Positions 11,490 through 24,509 of a DNA stretch of 42,806 nucleotides are shown in pieces. The number at the start of each line of letters is the position of its first letter. The stretch's first letter is position 1. Below the pieces are notes generated by a model that was not told the DNA's origin, did no database searches, and was given only the letters and a program-made list of their open reading frames with translations. The translations under genes and the position numbers were made by a program. Origin of the DNA: Nemertoderma westbladi. Its lineage: Eukaryota > Animalia > Xenacoelomorpha. Location: assembly GCA_032718475.1 (NCBI GenBank), contig JAUCBJ010004876.1:1-42806 (forward strand), written 5' to 3'.

Positions 11490-13000
11490 AGTAATTAATT
11501 ACAGCTCACTCGGAGCTCTCTTCAGGCAAATAAAATCGCAAATAAATTCCAAAATGTAAAGGCCTAAAAACGAATTCTTTACTATTATTAGATGAAGCAT
11601 AAATATACACATGTATGTAGGCATGTATATATGACTGCATAGCCTGACATATGTGACCTACGTAGGCACTCTACTGAATGGACAATAGATAGAATCAGTG
11701 AAATATCTAACTACCGGTACGCAATACAAAAACAACAAACATCAACGACTTATAACGTACTGTACAACTTTCAAAACTATTATTTTTTACACTAATAACT
11801 AAGAAAAGTCTCTTAATCCCAAAATGTTTTCTTAAAAACAATGTGAATGGTCAAAGGATAATATAAACTATGGTAATCTAAGTAGGTCTTTTTAGATTGC
11901 ATTTAAATAACTCAGTATTGAACCTAATTATCATTAATTAGTTAATAATTCCTTTAATAATTCCTTTAATAATTCCCTTTAATATTTGCATTCTTACTAT
12001 TTTCTCTTGAAAAGACTGTCTGTGCTTGATCAAACCTAGGAATATTGTTTTTATAGTATGAGCTGCTAGTTCCGTTGCCTTTAAACTTTTATAAGTTACA
12101 TCTGATGTATGCCTAACTAATCTAGTGTTAGGGTACCTGTGTACTTTGACTCATCAACATACATTTGCCGGCGAGCATGGAATAGAATAAATTACACCTC
12201 TAGCCTCTCTTCTGGTTTTATAACCCTTACATAATTTAGATCTGGGGCTAACAATACCTGGTTGGAAATATTTATCAACATTATACTTTCTACAAACAGA
12301 TTCTAGAGGATTCGGTTAATCCTTGAACCTACGGAAGCGGAATTTTTATGTGACTTTTCTTTGATAAATTCCTATACCCAGATTGATTATTGTATTTCTT
12401 ACTGCTAACTTCATGCAAGGAGTTTCGAATAATACCTGTAGTGTATCCGTTAGCACCAAATATTCTACTGTACTATATTCGTCGGAAAATGTGTACGACT
12501 ACCAACAGTGCACAATGTGTTAAAACTAAGTCCTAATGACTGCCAATATAAGTACCAGTAAGTATGTCAGTGCGAATGAGAGCGTAGGCCTATGCCTATT
12601 ATCTTATTTATTAGTTGAACGAATTTTATAAGGAATTCACCATCATATAGGCACCTGAACGAACTGTGCACAAAATTTTAAATAAGTTATCGCATGGATG
12701 GAAACGAAAAAGCGAATCATCGAAAATCGCTCAAGTCGATCATGGTTCAAGGGAGTTGCAACATCCATTGGAAATTAAAAATTGATCTTATACAGACAGT
12801 ATTTAGTTGATGAAAGCAAGATACTTCAAGAACCTAAGTTAAGTTTTCAGTCAAAATTGTAATGGAAGATTCGTCTACCCAAGATAAATACAATTATAAT
12901 ACAACCCAGAACACGATACCTGATGATATATAGTTATATTATCTAGCTTTGCAGCAATCAATCACGATCGATGACATTCCACCCTTCTTGGGAACAGGGA
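11490..13000 (-). mobile_element. Highly decayed Penelope-like retroelement remnant
   Basis: Only short peptide traces (RIFGANGYTTGIIR, LRFLKYL) plus a degenerate hammerhead-like core at 11499-11526. Confidence 0.25.
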
Positions 13001-13073
13001 CAAACTTGTTTTCATTTCTCATAAGAACTCTCTTGTTTCTTTACAAATCTATGTTAATTGTGTGAATGAGCTC

Positions 13074-13330
13074 TAATAATAATAATATTGGTTATTTATA
13101 TAGCGCTTTTCTACGCTCAGCATACTCAAGGCGCTTTTGTTATCATTACCCCAGCAAAGCCAGGTTCCCATTATACCGCTGGGTTGGCGTAGGCACTAAT
13201 GTCTAAAGTGTCTTGCCTAGGGACACAACAGTGCGAAATTTCTACAGCCTTTAGTCGGATTCGAACCTGCACCACCAAACACTATTGTGTAAGCAGTTCA
13301 GGCGCCGTATCCACTCGGACACTGCGACAC
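13074..13330 (-). mobile_element. tRNA-derived CORE-like SINE
   Basis: A box gtccgagtgg, B box ggttcgaatcc, CORE-like tgtgtccctaggcaagacactt, L2-like 3' end aagcgccttgag...agcgctatataaat, (TTA)n tail. Confidence 0.85.
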
Positions 13331-13349
13331 ACTATATATTATATTACAA

Positions 13350-14140
13350 TGCCATCTACTCCACTGGCATATTTGCTTTTGATGTTCTTTGCAACAGTTT
13401 TGACTTCAGCAAAGGAGATGTTACGTATGAGAAAATTTGTGAGTAAAGATTCAGATACGTAAAAATTTGTCCCCCAAACCATTGGGCATTCAGGTGTTCA
13501 GCTGGAGTTTCAGTGTTACCGTGATGGTTTGTTGGCTTTACCTCTCAGTCAGTTGGTTGATCGAGTGCGAAGCCTGGGCTGATTGCCTGCTGTCATTGGC
13601 ATTGTTGATCGCATAAACCTACTTATTGATAAGCTCCTTGAGATTTTCACAGAGTACTGCCTGTTCAGGGACTTAGATGCAGCCTTAACTGCATCATTGG
13701 CTGTCCTAGTATACTCCAGCTGGCTGGACTCTTATGTGTCTTAGAGAGGTCCTTTCGGCACTTAGATACCTTAGAGTAGAGAGGTCCTTGGTGCAGGGAA
13801 CCTTTTTCCCGTTTCAAGGGTATACAGGAACTGTTTCTGCAGCTGCTAACTTCACTGCCTCTTGAAGTAGGTATAGCCCTAGCAGTGATCGGATGCTTCA
13901 GAGACAAGAGCCTCAAACCTGTTGCTTAGCTGTAGTGTGAAGCTGGATTTTACACTGGACTGTTGCAAAGGAGAGGACCAAACCTTAGTTCTATGCAAAG
14001 CAGAAGATATCTTAGTTTTACAAGCATGGAGACTATATTTATTTATTATGGTATTTCCTCAATAGTATAGGTAATAATGACCTTATAGTTTAATGACCCT
14101 TTAATATTGACTCTGCTGTGTGGTAGGCGTTGGCCGAGAT
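13350..14140 (-). mobile_element. Decayed LINE ORF1/5' remnant
   Basis: GC-richer block with LSNRFEAL (the NRFxxL motif common in LINE ORF1 linkers) near 13910-13930; many stops. Confidence 0.35.
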
Positions 14141-14514
14141 TATAGCATAGCTAGTGTAGCACACCGCACCCTCTTGCAGTAGCAAGTAGGACTACTGTTG
14201 TTCTTATTGTTAGCTTTGCAGGATGTCAGTGACGCTTTGATTGAAAAATTTAAGATTCTTGAAATTGTTAGTGATCTTGAAAAAACAAAAAAATATAGAA
14301 GTTGGAAAAGAAAATAAAAATGATAAGCAAAATGCGACAAAATAAATATGTGCTGCGACCTCAGGTTATGTTACCTTAATGGTTTGGGTGCATTAATAAT
14401 TCGGACACAGGAGTAAATGATATGTTAACCAAGGTTTAAAAGTTTCAAGACAAGGACAGTTAGGGATGGATCAGATAAAGGGTTCCACAGAAGGGGAAAT
14501 TGCATAAGTCTTAC

Positions 14515-14774
14515 CTTAGCCACAATTAGACAATGATCTCTGGTGAATGGGTGAAGTGTAAATGCACTATTGTGTTATATGGAGAGCCTGTATTTCTTGC
14601 GAAACATAATATGGTCTATCTGGGACTATTACCTCTGGGTCTAATATGAGTCCATAGCTTTCCCATTTGCCTAATATATCAATAAAAGTGATAACGAGAT
14701 AAATAAGCACCACATTACATTGAAAAACGATGACAAGCCAGCGTAATCAGCACTACTGGTTCTAGAAATTACAT
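14515..14774 (-). pseudogene. Candidate GPCR exon 2 (end of TM3, TM4, ECL2), disabled
   Basis: FLEPVVLITLACHRF (DRY-like position), then VVLIYLVITFIDIL in another frame. Weak AG acceptor, donor AAG|GTAAGA, in-frame stops. Confidence 0.3.
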
Positions 14775-15668
14775 CTAAATTTATTTGATTTATTGGAGTT
14801 GAGATAAAAATGCAACTGTAATAAATGGTATTTAAACATAATTTTGTTCAGAAATGGTAAAATGCAAGCTCCTCATCAGAACGCCGGATACCAATGACTG
14901 TATGTATCAAAGTGTGAGTAGATCCTAACATAACATTGTAATTAGACAAGCCACAGGTGCATTCCGAGAAGATTATGTGTGCGCAAGCTACATGGGTGTA
15001 ATTGAAGATGAAGAACATTTTATTCTTGCCAAAATTACAGGTAGTGGAGAGAAAACATATTCATTGTGGATCGTAACTCACACTAATTGCATTCAGTGCA
15101 GGGAGCACCTGGTGCGCTGCCATTCTCTCCAAACTATTTAAACTTGTAATGGATATGAACTTGTGTCTGACAGTTGAGCATATAAAATGTGTCTAACTCC
15201 TCGAATAGAACATTAACTAGATGGCGGTGCTTGCGCACCGTAAAATAAGCTATCTAGCTTCAGACGACTGTTCATGTTCAACTGTCCACGTCTTCATTCA
15301 AGTTACACTCAATATAATGTATATACATCAATAATGTATATCACATAAATGACCTTTATTATGTTCTCTAAGGGTTAATGAACAGGTGGCACATTATTAT
15401 TGACTTTTCCATAAGTTTACTATATTATTATAAGTTTGTTAGGACTTCTTACTGTAAAAGTATTCACTATCTATGCATGTATCTATGCATGTATCTATGT
15501 ATGTATCTATCTATATCGGGTGAACTCCACCGAAGCTATATATAGCTCGTCCGTCAATGATAATAATAATAATAATATATCTTCTTATATCTATTTTACT
15601 CGCGGATTATAAAATATAATTGCACAAGGCAGCCCAGGAAGACAGCAACCCTAGCTGATGGTTATGAA

Positions 15669-16472
15669 TAGGGTTCGATCGGTGCACCGGCACCGGCACT
15701 GGTATTGCCGGTGTTTGGCACCACCGGCACCGGCACCTGCACCGGCAAAAACATTGCCGGTGCCGGTGTTTTTTTTAAATTATTTGCTGCTGTCTGGCTG
15801 TTCAAATTGAAGCCTACTACAGTACCGGTACTGCAGACAGTCTGGCGAAGCTATCAGTCAGCTACAAGGCTATAGCTGTCTGACTGTATAAGTGTCTACC
15901 CGTACTGGAGTGGTCTAGCAGTCTAGTGATAGTCAGATAGTGGCTGAGTGGTAGTGTAGTGCAGTAGTTTGTGATTGTGATGATATACGGTACTGTCAGG
16001 GTCAGCGGTCAGCCTATATTAGTGTTATATTATATTTATACTGTTGATGTTATTATAAGCTCAGAAGCTTAAGCTATATCAGTCTGTCAGTATATAGCCT
16101 GATAGCTGTATACAGGTATAGCTGTATAGGTCAGTATGCTGATTACCGGTTGCCGGTAGCGGTAGGCCTACTTTTACTCATTTGTTTGTCTTTGTGTGCC
16201 TAATATTGCTATAGGCCTGGCCTATACAACAGATATATCAGTAGGCTTATGACTGTATGATATTGCTGCGGCAGCTGGCAGGCTGGTACTCCAAGATATA
16301 TCATATATTATTGTATATTACACGTCAGAAATTTTCTGTCAGAATTTCAAATAGAATTACACCAATTGCTAAACATTTAAAAACACCGGCACCGGCACCG
16401 GCACCGGCATTTACAATGTGACACCGGCACCGGCACCGGCACCGGCAAAATTTTGGCACCGATCGAACCCTA
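15669..16472. mobile_element. hAT-family MITE, 804 bp
   Basis: Perfect 17-bp TIR tagggttcgatcggtgc; perfect 8-bp TSD gttatgaa (15661-15668, 16473-16480); subterminal (GCACCG)n arrays. Confidence 0.95.
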
Positions 16473-17100
16473 GTTATGAATAAACGTCAGGGGCAACAGC
16501 GGCCAGGCCGCATTCGACATCAAAATACAGTCTACCTTAAAATACCTAGGAAATATACAGCACAAACAACTAAAGGTAGGGCCTACTCAGACACCTACAT
16601 AATAATATATATAATTGATGGAAATAATGGAAATTAGCTTACAAACTAGGGAAATTAGTATACAGTAGCACAAAATATTAATTTTAAAATGTACGACCAG
16701 CTACGTCACCTCTTCGCGCGCGTAACGTGTTAATTTTATTTAGATTTAAATGATTTGATTGAAAATTTGATTTAAATGAGTTGAAATTATAACTTTTGAT
16801 TTCTTTGTGGGGTAAATTGTTCCAAAGTTTGATTTATTTCTAGTTCTCGGTTGGCCTATTTTGATGGTACGATTTTTCAGTAGGGAAGTGTGTTTTATTT
16901 ATTTGGAAAAATAGCCCCATAACACGAAAATTGTCATAGACTCATGATAGGAACACCAACTGTTGGTGCTCATGAGGGCCTAGTAAGCCACTACTTTAAT
17001 GGAATGGATATGCCCAAACTGCAGAGAAGTATATTATTACATGTCAAGTTTGTGTGCCAACCAATGTGTTGCCAAGCTGTTGGCAAAATATGGTGGCAAA

Positions 17101-17565
17101 CTAATAGTATATTATTGTAGTATACTAGGCCTACACAAGTTTGTAATGAATTATCCCGCCAGCTGAATAGCTCTTCCCAGTGTGCCACCTAATAGTATAT
17201 TATTGTCGTATACTAACTAGGCCTACACAAGTTTGTAATGTATTATCCCGCCAGCTGAATAGCTCTTTCCAGTGTGCCACCTAGTATATTATTGTAGTAT
17301 ACTAGGCCTAGACAAGTTTGTAATGTATTATCCTGCCAGCTGAATAGCTCTTCCCAGTGTGCCACCTATTAGTATATTATTGTAGTATACCAGGCCTTCA
17401 CAAGTTTGTAATGTATTATCATGCCAGCTGAATAGCTTTTCCCAGTGTGCCACCTAATAGTATATTATTGTAGTATACTAGGCCTACACACGTTTGTAAT
17501 GCATTATCCTGCCAGCTGAATAGCTCATCCCAGTGTGCCACCTCATAGTATATTATTGTAGTATA
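17101..17565. repeat. Minisatellite with ~88-bp unit, 5 full copies plus a partial copy
   Basis: Unit taatagtatattattgtagtatactaggcctacacaagtttgtaatgtattatcccgccagctgaatagctcttcccagtgtgccacc. Confidence 0.95.
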
Positions 17566-18828
17566 GATGACTGTTCAGTTCCGCTCAGGAAATCAGAATG
17601 GGTTCCATAAAGGTTGTGGGACCATGGAGCCCATTTTGGAATAATTGAAGAGTTATCAAAAAAGAAAGACAGGCTGTTATTTTTTGTTGACTTCTTCAAG
17701 GCCTTTGATTCAGTCTCATGCTCATGTATGTTCAGTATACTTTCATTATATGGGATTCCTGATGAAATTATTGCAGCAATCAGATCAGTATACGATGGTT
17801 CGACAACATTTGTGTCAACTGTTGACGGTAACACATAACCATTTTAAGTGGTATGGGGAGTCCTCCAGTGAGACACACTTGCGCCATTCTTGTTCATAAT
17901 TGTGGTTGACTATGTTCTATGCATGTCCTTAGATCATAATAATGATGATGGGGTGATGATAACTGGCTCCAGAAGTCGAGGAAATCCTGCCAAGTACCTA
18001 ACTGATCTAGACTTTGCTGATGACTTAGGAGTACCCTCAGAATCACTAGAGGGAGCCCAACGGCTCCTCAGCTTATTAGAACAGGCTGCTTTTAGTGTTG
18101 GACTTTATATTAACTCCAAAAAGACCACAATTTTGACAGTTAATTTTGAAAGTCCTCAGCAAATATCTGACCGGATGAGCATAAGCTCAACGGATGGTAG
18201 GCTTGGGCATGTGGACAACTTCTGTAACCTGGGATCATGGATCCGAAAGTAAGGGACGATTACGTAAGGGAATGGCATGGGCAGCCTTGAATAGGCTTTC
18301 CAAGATTTGGAAGTCACATAGAATTCATCGGATACTTAGGTCCGATTATTTAGAGCAGCAGTAGTTCAGTACTCATCGCTAGGGGAGTCCATGCTGGGCT
18401 CACAGCAAATCTCTGGATGACACATTCACAAGAATGCTATGCCGGGTTCATTGGGTCAAGTATAATGCACACAACTCTAGCCAGACAATTTATAACATTG
18501 GAGCTGGTCTCATTGGTTCCGCCAAGCTTGAAACTAGAACAAAGCCGACTCCGCTTTGCAGGACATTTCTTTTGCCGTGCGGACCAGCCATTGCATAATC
18601 TTGTGCTTTGGCGCCCTCCCTCATGGAGTGAATAAGCATGATGGGCAGCCCATGACTTTCTTGAGATGCATTTAAAAGGACACTGGCCTTGAAGATGCGG
18701 ATGATCTAGCAAATGTCATGTGTGATAGGGAGTTGTGGAGGCACAATTTTGTCGCTCAAGCCAGCAAAGCATTCTTAAAAATGCAGCTGCAATGCAGCAT
18801 GCCGATCCTAGTAGTAGTAGTAGTAGTA
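17566..18828 (+). mobile_element. 5'-truncated, frameshifted RTE-clade LINE
   Basis: FVDFFKAFDSV, TDLDFADD, LGSWI, RLRFAGH; (AGT)n tail. Confidence 0.9.
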
Positions 18829-19501
18829 TAGTAGGCCTTATTGTACTAGCTAATCAGGGAGCTAAATGGCAGAACACGTTTTTTCTCTTCACCATCACCA
18901 TGTTGTCCAAAAAAGTGCGGAAGAATAGAGACAGGAAAGAAGCTAACTATGGTATGCAGGGAAGTGTTCATAATTGTCAGAAGACAATATTATAACTATC
19001 CATATTATAATGATAACTGCCCTGGGATAGGCTGCAGTTTTGCTGCACAAATAAATATTTATTTATTTTCATAGGGCAAACAATTGTCAAATTTCTTTAA
19101 ATTTTCCTTGTATAAATTCTCAAATTGTTATTACATTATATTTAAATTAGAAAGATCCGAAATTGACGAAAAACTGAATCCACAACGTATTTGAGCTTGG
19201 AATACTATGACAGAAAGTTACAAAATTCTTACAAATACTAACCAGGCAAATCACGCTAAATAAATCACGCAATTTCCTGCACAATGAATCAATAGCTATG
19301 GCTATCATATGAGAGATAGAGACAAGGCTAAGTTAAAATATTAGCTGAGGTGCTTGGTGAAAATTTTAACGATGCCAATAGCAATAAACCGTTTTTTGCA
19401 ATGATGGTAACAAACAATGTCTCCTTGTCTACTGTAGGTTTTTCACCTGTTAGGATTCTTACTGTTCTAAACAAAATCCCTGCCATGAAAAGTAGGATAC
19501 C

Positions 19502-19787
19502 TAAAGTAAAGTAAAGTAAAAGTAAATTTTTTTCGGCCGCTAGGCCAGAGATTACGCACAAAGCCTGACGACTTATTTCCAGTGCGGTCCCCCCAGAACT
19601 TTACTCCCCAGAGGAAACTCCAGTACTCATTTAGCTACCACTTAAGGATGCAAGTCAGAGATGTGCCCTGGCTGGTCCCTTTAAAGCATTCGTGCCGAAA
19701 CGAAAACTGCCCTGGCCCATGTGAGGATCGAACCCACGACCTACGGGAGATGTGAATTCAATGCAACCACTACACCAAGGTGGAACC
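19502..19787 (-). mobile_element. tRNA-derived SINE (Deu/Nin-like body)
   Basis: A box tggtgtagtgg, B box gggttcgatcc, internal aaatgagtactgg, (TTTAC)n tail. Confidence 0.8.
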
Positions 19788-20221
19788 AATTTAAACCTGA
19801 CAACTTAAAAAGTATTATATTTTCTCGTTTACCTATCTGTATCGCAGCTCCTTTATCTGTGCTCGTTAATGTTTTGTTACTATAGTAACACACTATATAT
19901 TCACTACTTTCATCTACTTTGCTTACTTCTGTTGTAGTTCCGTTATTCAAAAAAAACCTGTCGATCACTAACTTGCATATCAAGCAAAATTAAGGAAATG
20001 TGGATGAAAAATACCCTAGTTTCATACTTGCGTCCCCATAAATTTATTTCCAAGAACAACATGAATTCCTAGAACTTAAATCGACTTGCACATAGCTCCT
20101 CGAATGCTCTGGCGACTGGTACACTACACTTGATAAACATGATAGTCTCGATATAATATATAATGATTTCGTCTAGGCATTCGACAGTGTTGTGTTGTGC
20201 ACTCTAAACTTATGTTGCAAG

Positions 20222-21320
20222 TGTTGATGCAAGTATGAACTTGGCCATTTTAGATTACTTATTTTACTAATTTTAAGCTCAAAACACCATTTTTATTGAT
20301 AAAGTGGGTTGCGTTGTAATGTCGGTTATTTTTCAGTCGATTTAAACATTACTAAAGGTTTGACGCCATCTAGAGCCATTATCCACATATCCAACTTGTA
20401 ATAATACCCCATTGGCTGTATTGCTCTATTATGGTTAATCTGTTATATCAACACGATTGGTTGAGTGGCTTACTCACTCAGCGCATGTTGTTTCTGCTGT
20501 GGAGTTACATCACACATGCATAACGCTAATTGCTGGTCAGGTTTTTGATGACTGGTGATTATTACATGTCTAAGTCTAATGTTAACATCTAATATTTGAA
20601 TTTAAATTCATTGTTAATAATTGAATTATATTTACTTATTGTTATATTTGATATTCTACTGGTGAACTCAATTTGTTTTTATTATTTGCTTAATATATCG
20701 CCGATATTACGGAATCAAGGAAGTTTTACATGCCCCACAACCAGGTAGGTCACTATAACTAAACATTAGTGATAATCTGGACAATTGCATCAGAATTACG
20801 TGTGCCGTTGTACCTCTAACTTAATTAATAATTAATATATGGCGATATTTCAGACCATTATTGTAAGCAAGGCTCTTATTATGAATTATATCACGATTGA
20901 GAGTTGTCATAAATTGAATAATGTAGCGATATCAATAAAATTAGACCAAAGACTTGTTACAATACGTTTCCTCTAAAGGGAAACACAGTCACCAGACTTG
21001 AGTCCTACATAATTAATTAGTCAGACATTTGCTTGTTATACTGCCACTTGGTACTGTATATCAGTTAAATATAATAGATGATAAAATACTGTATTAGACT
21101 AAGTCAAATATAGAGCAAATCAATACATCGTGGGAGAGAGGGGAAATAAAACGATACACTTGAGCGGCCTTCGTTGAAGGTACACTAGCACCATCCCGTT
21201 CATTGTATCAGACCAGACAATTAGGATTCATTTGGCATGTGTTTTATGAAACAACAGGAAAGAGTCACAATATATGAAATTGAGATTGAAAGAACATCTT
21301 TTTTATCAAATGCACTAACA
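20222..21320. mobile_element. Probable solo LTR, 1099 bp
   Basis: TGTTGATGCA...TGCACTAACA termini; 5-bp TSD gcaag (20217-20221, 21321-21325); CR1 RT coding sequence resumes on both sides. Confidence 0.7.
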
Positions 21321-21636
21321 GCAAGCTTGCAGCATACGGCATCGCAGGAGATTTTCTAGCGTGGTTTAGTGCTTTTTTTCTCAGACAGATCACAACGCAT
21401 TTTAGGTGGTAACAAATTTTCGCTACCTTCCATTGTTAATTCTGGCACGGTCCAGGGCAGTGTCGTCAGATAGGTCACTTTTATTATTTTTATCAATGAC
21501 CTTCCTGAGTTGCTTATTACACCAGGTACAATTAAAGTTAAGCCTTTTGCAGATGTCGTAAATTATACTCTGATACCGCCAACTGTGACACACTTTTATT
21601 CGCGCTTCATTCCTTGGAGCACTGGGCTATTGAATG

Positions 21637-21870
21637 TTTTGATTGATTGATTGATTGATTTATTTTCCCAAATAATACATAATTATAACAAATACATTAC
21701 ATAATTCACAATGAAATCACATTAAAATGGGCAGGAAGACTGCTTAGTAGCATAGTGCTAGTTAGCGCAGTATCCTGTTAGGTACCGGAATATATAATAC
21801 ATAAATTGGGTAGATACATCTTACGATAATGTGCAAGCAAGTACAGGGGTTACATACATGTAGGATCCCA
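21637..21870 (-). mobile_element. Short LINE 3'-end insertion
   Basis: (AATC)n tail, central stem-loop, 6-bp TSD tgaatg (21631-21636, 21871-21876) splitting the CR1 peptide WAIE|WQLN. Confidence 0.8.
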
Positions 21871-22855
21871 TGAATGGCAACTTAACATCGCAGCCCATAA
21901 ATATGCAGTTGCCCATGTTGGTTCTTCTAACATGAAATATAGCTATTCATTGAATGTTTCAGTTATTAAATATGATTCTAGCTGCAAAGATCTAGGTTTG
22001 CTCGTCAGTAGCGGCTACCTTACTTTCGATCAATACTGCAAGATACAGGCGACCAAAGCGTAGAGGTTATAAACATGATCTTTCGCGGTTCTAGAAAGTG
22101 TTACATTATTGCGTTAATGAATGACAGCATACAAGTCATTAGTACATCCGTTAGTCGAATATTGTACCCCAAATTGGTCGCCATACCTCAAACGTCGTAT
22201 TGATCAAATATAAACGGTGTAACAATATTTCACTCGGCGTTAATATAAGGTGCAATTTATCATAATGTATCTACTTTGATTGGATTAAGTTTCTAAAATT
22301 ACAATCACTAGAATCACGCAGAACATCTTTGATTTAAAAATGGTTTACATAATAGAAACCGTCTTGTCGACCTGAATTTCGATCAGTTTTTCCATCACCC
22401 GTGCCTTGCGCTCCGGTCTGCGTGGCCATAGTAGAAACTTAATATTCCTTGCAGTCGGTTAAATCTATGTAAATACACCTTTTCTTCACTTGTTATCAAT
22501 ATTTGGAACGAGCTGCCAGCTGATACAGTAGAAAGTACTCATTTCATTGGTTTCTCGCTTAAGTTGTTGGATATCAATCGAATGCCATATTGCAAATATA
22601 CTATCCTATATATACTAAATATACTATGATACTATGGTATCACAATATTGTTAGTATACTTTATTTTAATAACATTAATTTAGTATACTATATTATAATA
22701 TAGTTTGTAATGCTATCTTGGTTATTGTTTCTTATTTTAATAATGTATATATTTTCTGTTTTCAAGAACCCCATGAGAGCCTGGGTGTTTCTCTCCACGT
22801 CCATCCGTAACATATACTTATCTTCAATGTTTATTATAATGTATGTGGGGCGAGC

Positions 22856-23151
22856 CACGAAGTGAGCGAAGCCTTAGCATATGGGTACCATTGACGTGTT
22901 GTCTGTCGTCGTCGTCGTCATCTATCGTAAATTTTTGATCGCTAATAACTCGGTTATTCCTTGATGAAATTAAACGAAACTTGGTACGTATGTAGTCCGG
23001 ATAAAAGTTTACAAAGAATCTGAAGTTTGGTCAAAAACGAACGAACACAACGAGGCACAAGAGGAGGACGAGTATTGTGTTGAAGACTTCTGACTAACGG
23101 CAGACAACTCGTTAATGGTGCCCATATGCTATAGGCTTTGCTCACTTCGTG
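22856..23151. mobile_element. Small foldback element with a DINE-1/HINE-like interior
   Basis: ~55-bp imperfect inverted repeats cacgaagtgagcgaagccttagcatatgggtaccatt...; internal (GTC)n and aaacttgg motif. Confidence 0.7.
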
Positions 23152-24509
23152 CTGCGCGAAGACCCGACCCCACGAACGTGTACCTACTTGTAGTGTATGA
23201 CTTCGTTTTATCATATATGTGCCAGAACTTTAGTGAATTTCAGCCACGGAATTAGTTATTCTGATTGGATTTTTTACAAAATATCGCTGCCATATGATAC
23301 TTACCCTTATAAATGCTTTAATATTTATATTCAAACATTTACAAAGCCAGTTTCTGAGCGATCACTCCGGAAAATTACGGATTCAGGTATAATGAATGCA
23401 GTATATTTCATATTTCGGATTTTTAACCACCCCCCCCCCCCCCCCCCCCCCTCCTCTAATCTAAACACTACCGTTCCGGAAATATCTTTTTTAAATAATT
23501 TACATATTGCAAATTGTATCACACGATTAAATTACATGCAGCCAAATGATAGTGACTTCTATATAAACCTAAATACATTAGCAGTATTACTATCTGTGGT
23601 CTGAGATCCCCAATGCAAAAGGCTTAGAAGCGGTTTAATTTTTGTTAATCAGATTGACAAGCCGGTTAAAAAAAAGTTTTTATTAAAGTGTCAGGTCATG
23701 GAAGGGCAAACTATGTAAGAAAAATATTGTGCAATTTGTGCAGTGGAAAATAAATCCCATTTAAAAATGTAAAAGTTATTACATGGAAATTAAATTAGGT
23801 TTTTTATGCCGATTCAGAGGAGATAGGCCAATCGAGCGTAGCAAAATGTAATTAGAAGAATTAACGTATTGAGGGAACCCCAAGGAAATAATATGTAAAG
23901 CTTTAGTGGTAATCCTATATGTTATGTTAGACAATACCTTGGGTTTATATACATTGTTTGGTGTAGTTATTGATTTTACTTACATAATAGTGTAAAATAA
24001 ATATAATATATCCACAAAATTGCCTTTCAACCTCACCTTGCTATCTGTAAACAATAGTAGGTCCTCCTGTACCGGTAGAGGATTAAGCCTAAGTTGCCCT
24101 CGTGTTTCACTTGTATCCTCCATGTATTTGTAGAGAAAAAGCATAAAAGTTGGCTATAAATCGAGTGTCTCAGGACTTTAGATCCCGGGGACTTTAATAC
24201 CCGGTTGGGACAATAGGAATTTACAGTAGTATGGTAATTATTCAGTTACTGGTAGGTTGTCCACGCGTTGGGCACCCAGGTTGGCAGGTTCGTTTGGTTT
24301 TTTTGTTAAGCCCGAAGGCTTATGATGGTAATAATGCAAACAAGCTCCACATTTCTAAATTGATGCTGAATTTATTATTTCCGCTGAATTTCTTAGATTT
24401 AACCTGCGAAAGCTTCCTAGTGGGATCTAAAGTCCCCCACCTAAACCGGGTTAGAATATTTTGTGGAATAAATAATTTACTTTCATTAATGTATAATGTA
24501 TAAACTGAC

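Larger units (their letters stand above)
19340..22620 (+). mobile_element. Decayed CR1-like LINE ORF2 interrupted by three insertions
   Basis: IAAPLS, VVPLFKK, DIIYNDF*AFDSV, KLAAYGIAG, SGTVQGSV, FINDLP, WAIEWQLNIA, EYCTPNWSP, IWNELP in collinear order. Boundaries are approximate. Confidence 0.8.

Noticed and set aside
13245-13330. tRNA genes here and at 19705-19787
   Set aside because: A and B boxes are present, but they are followed by SINE bodies and tails and there is no convincing cloverleaf.
17101-17565. CRISPR-like array
   Set aside because: Units are near-identical end to end with no spacers.
19328-19561. Hydrophobic minus-strand ORF as a GPCR exon
   Set aside because: It spans a SINE tail and the antisense of CR1 ORF2.
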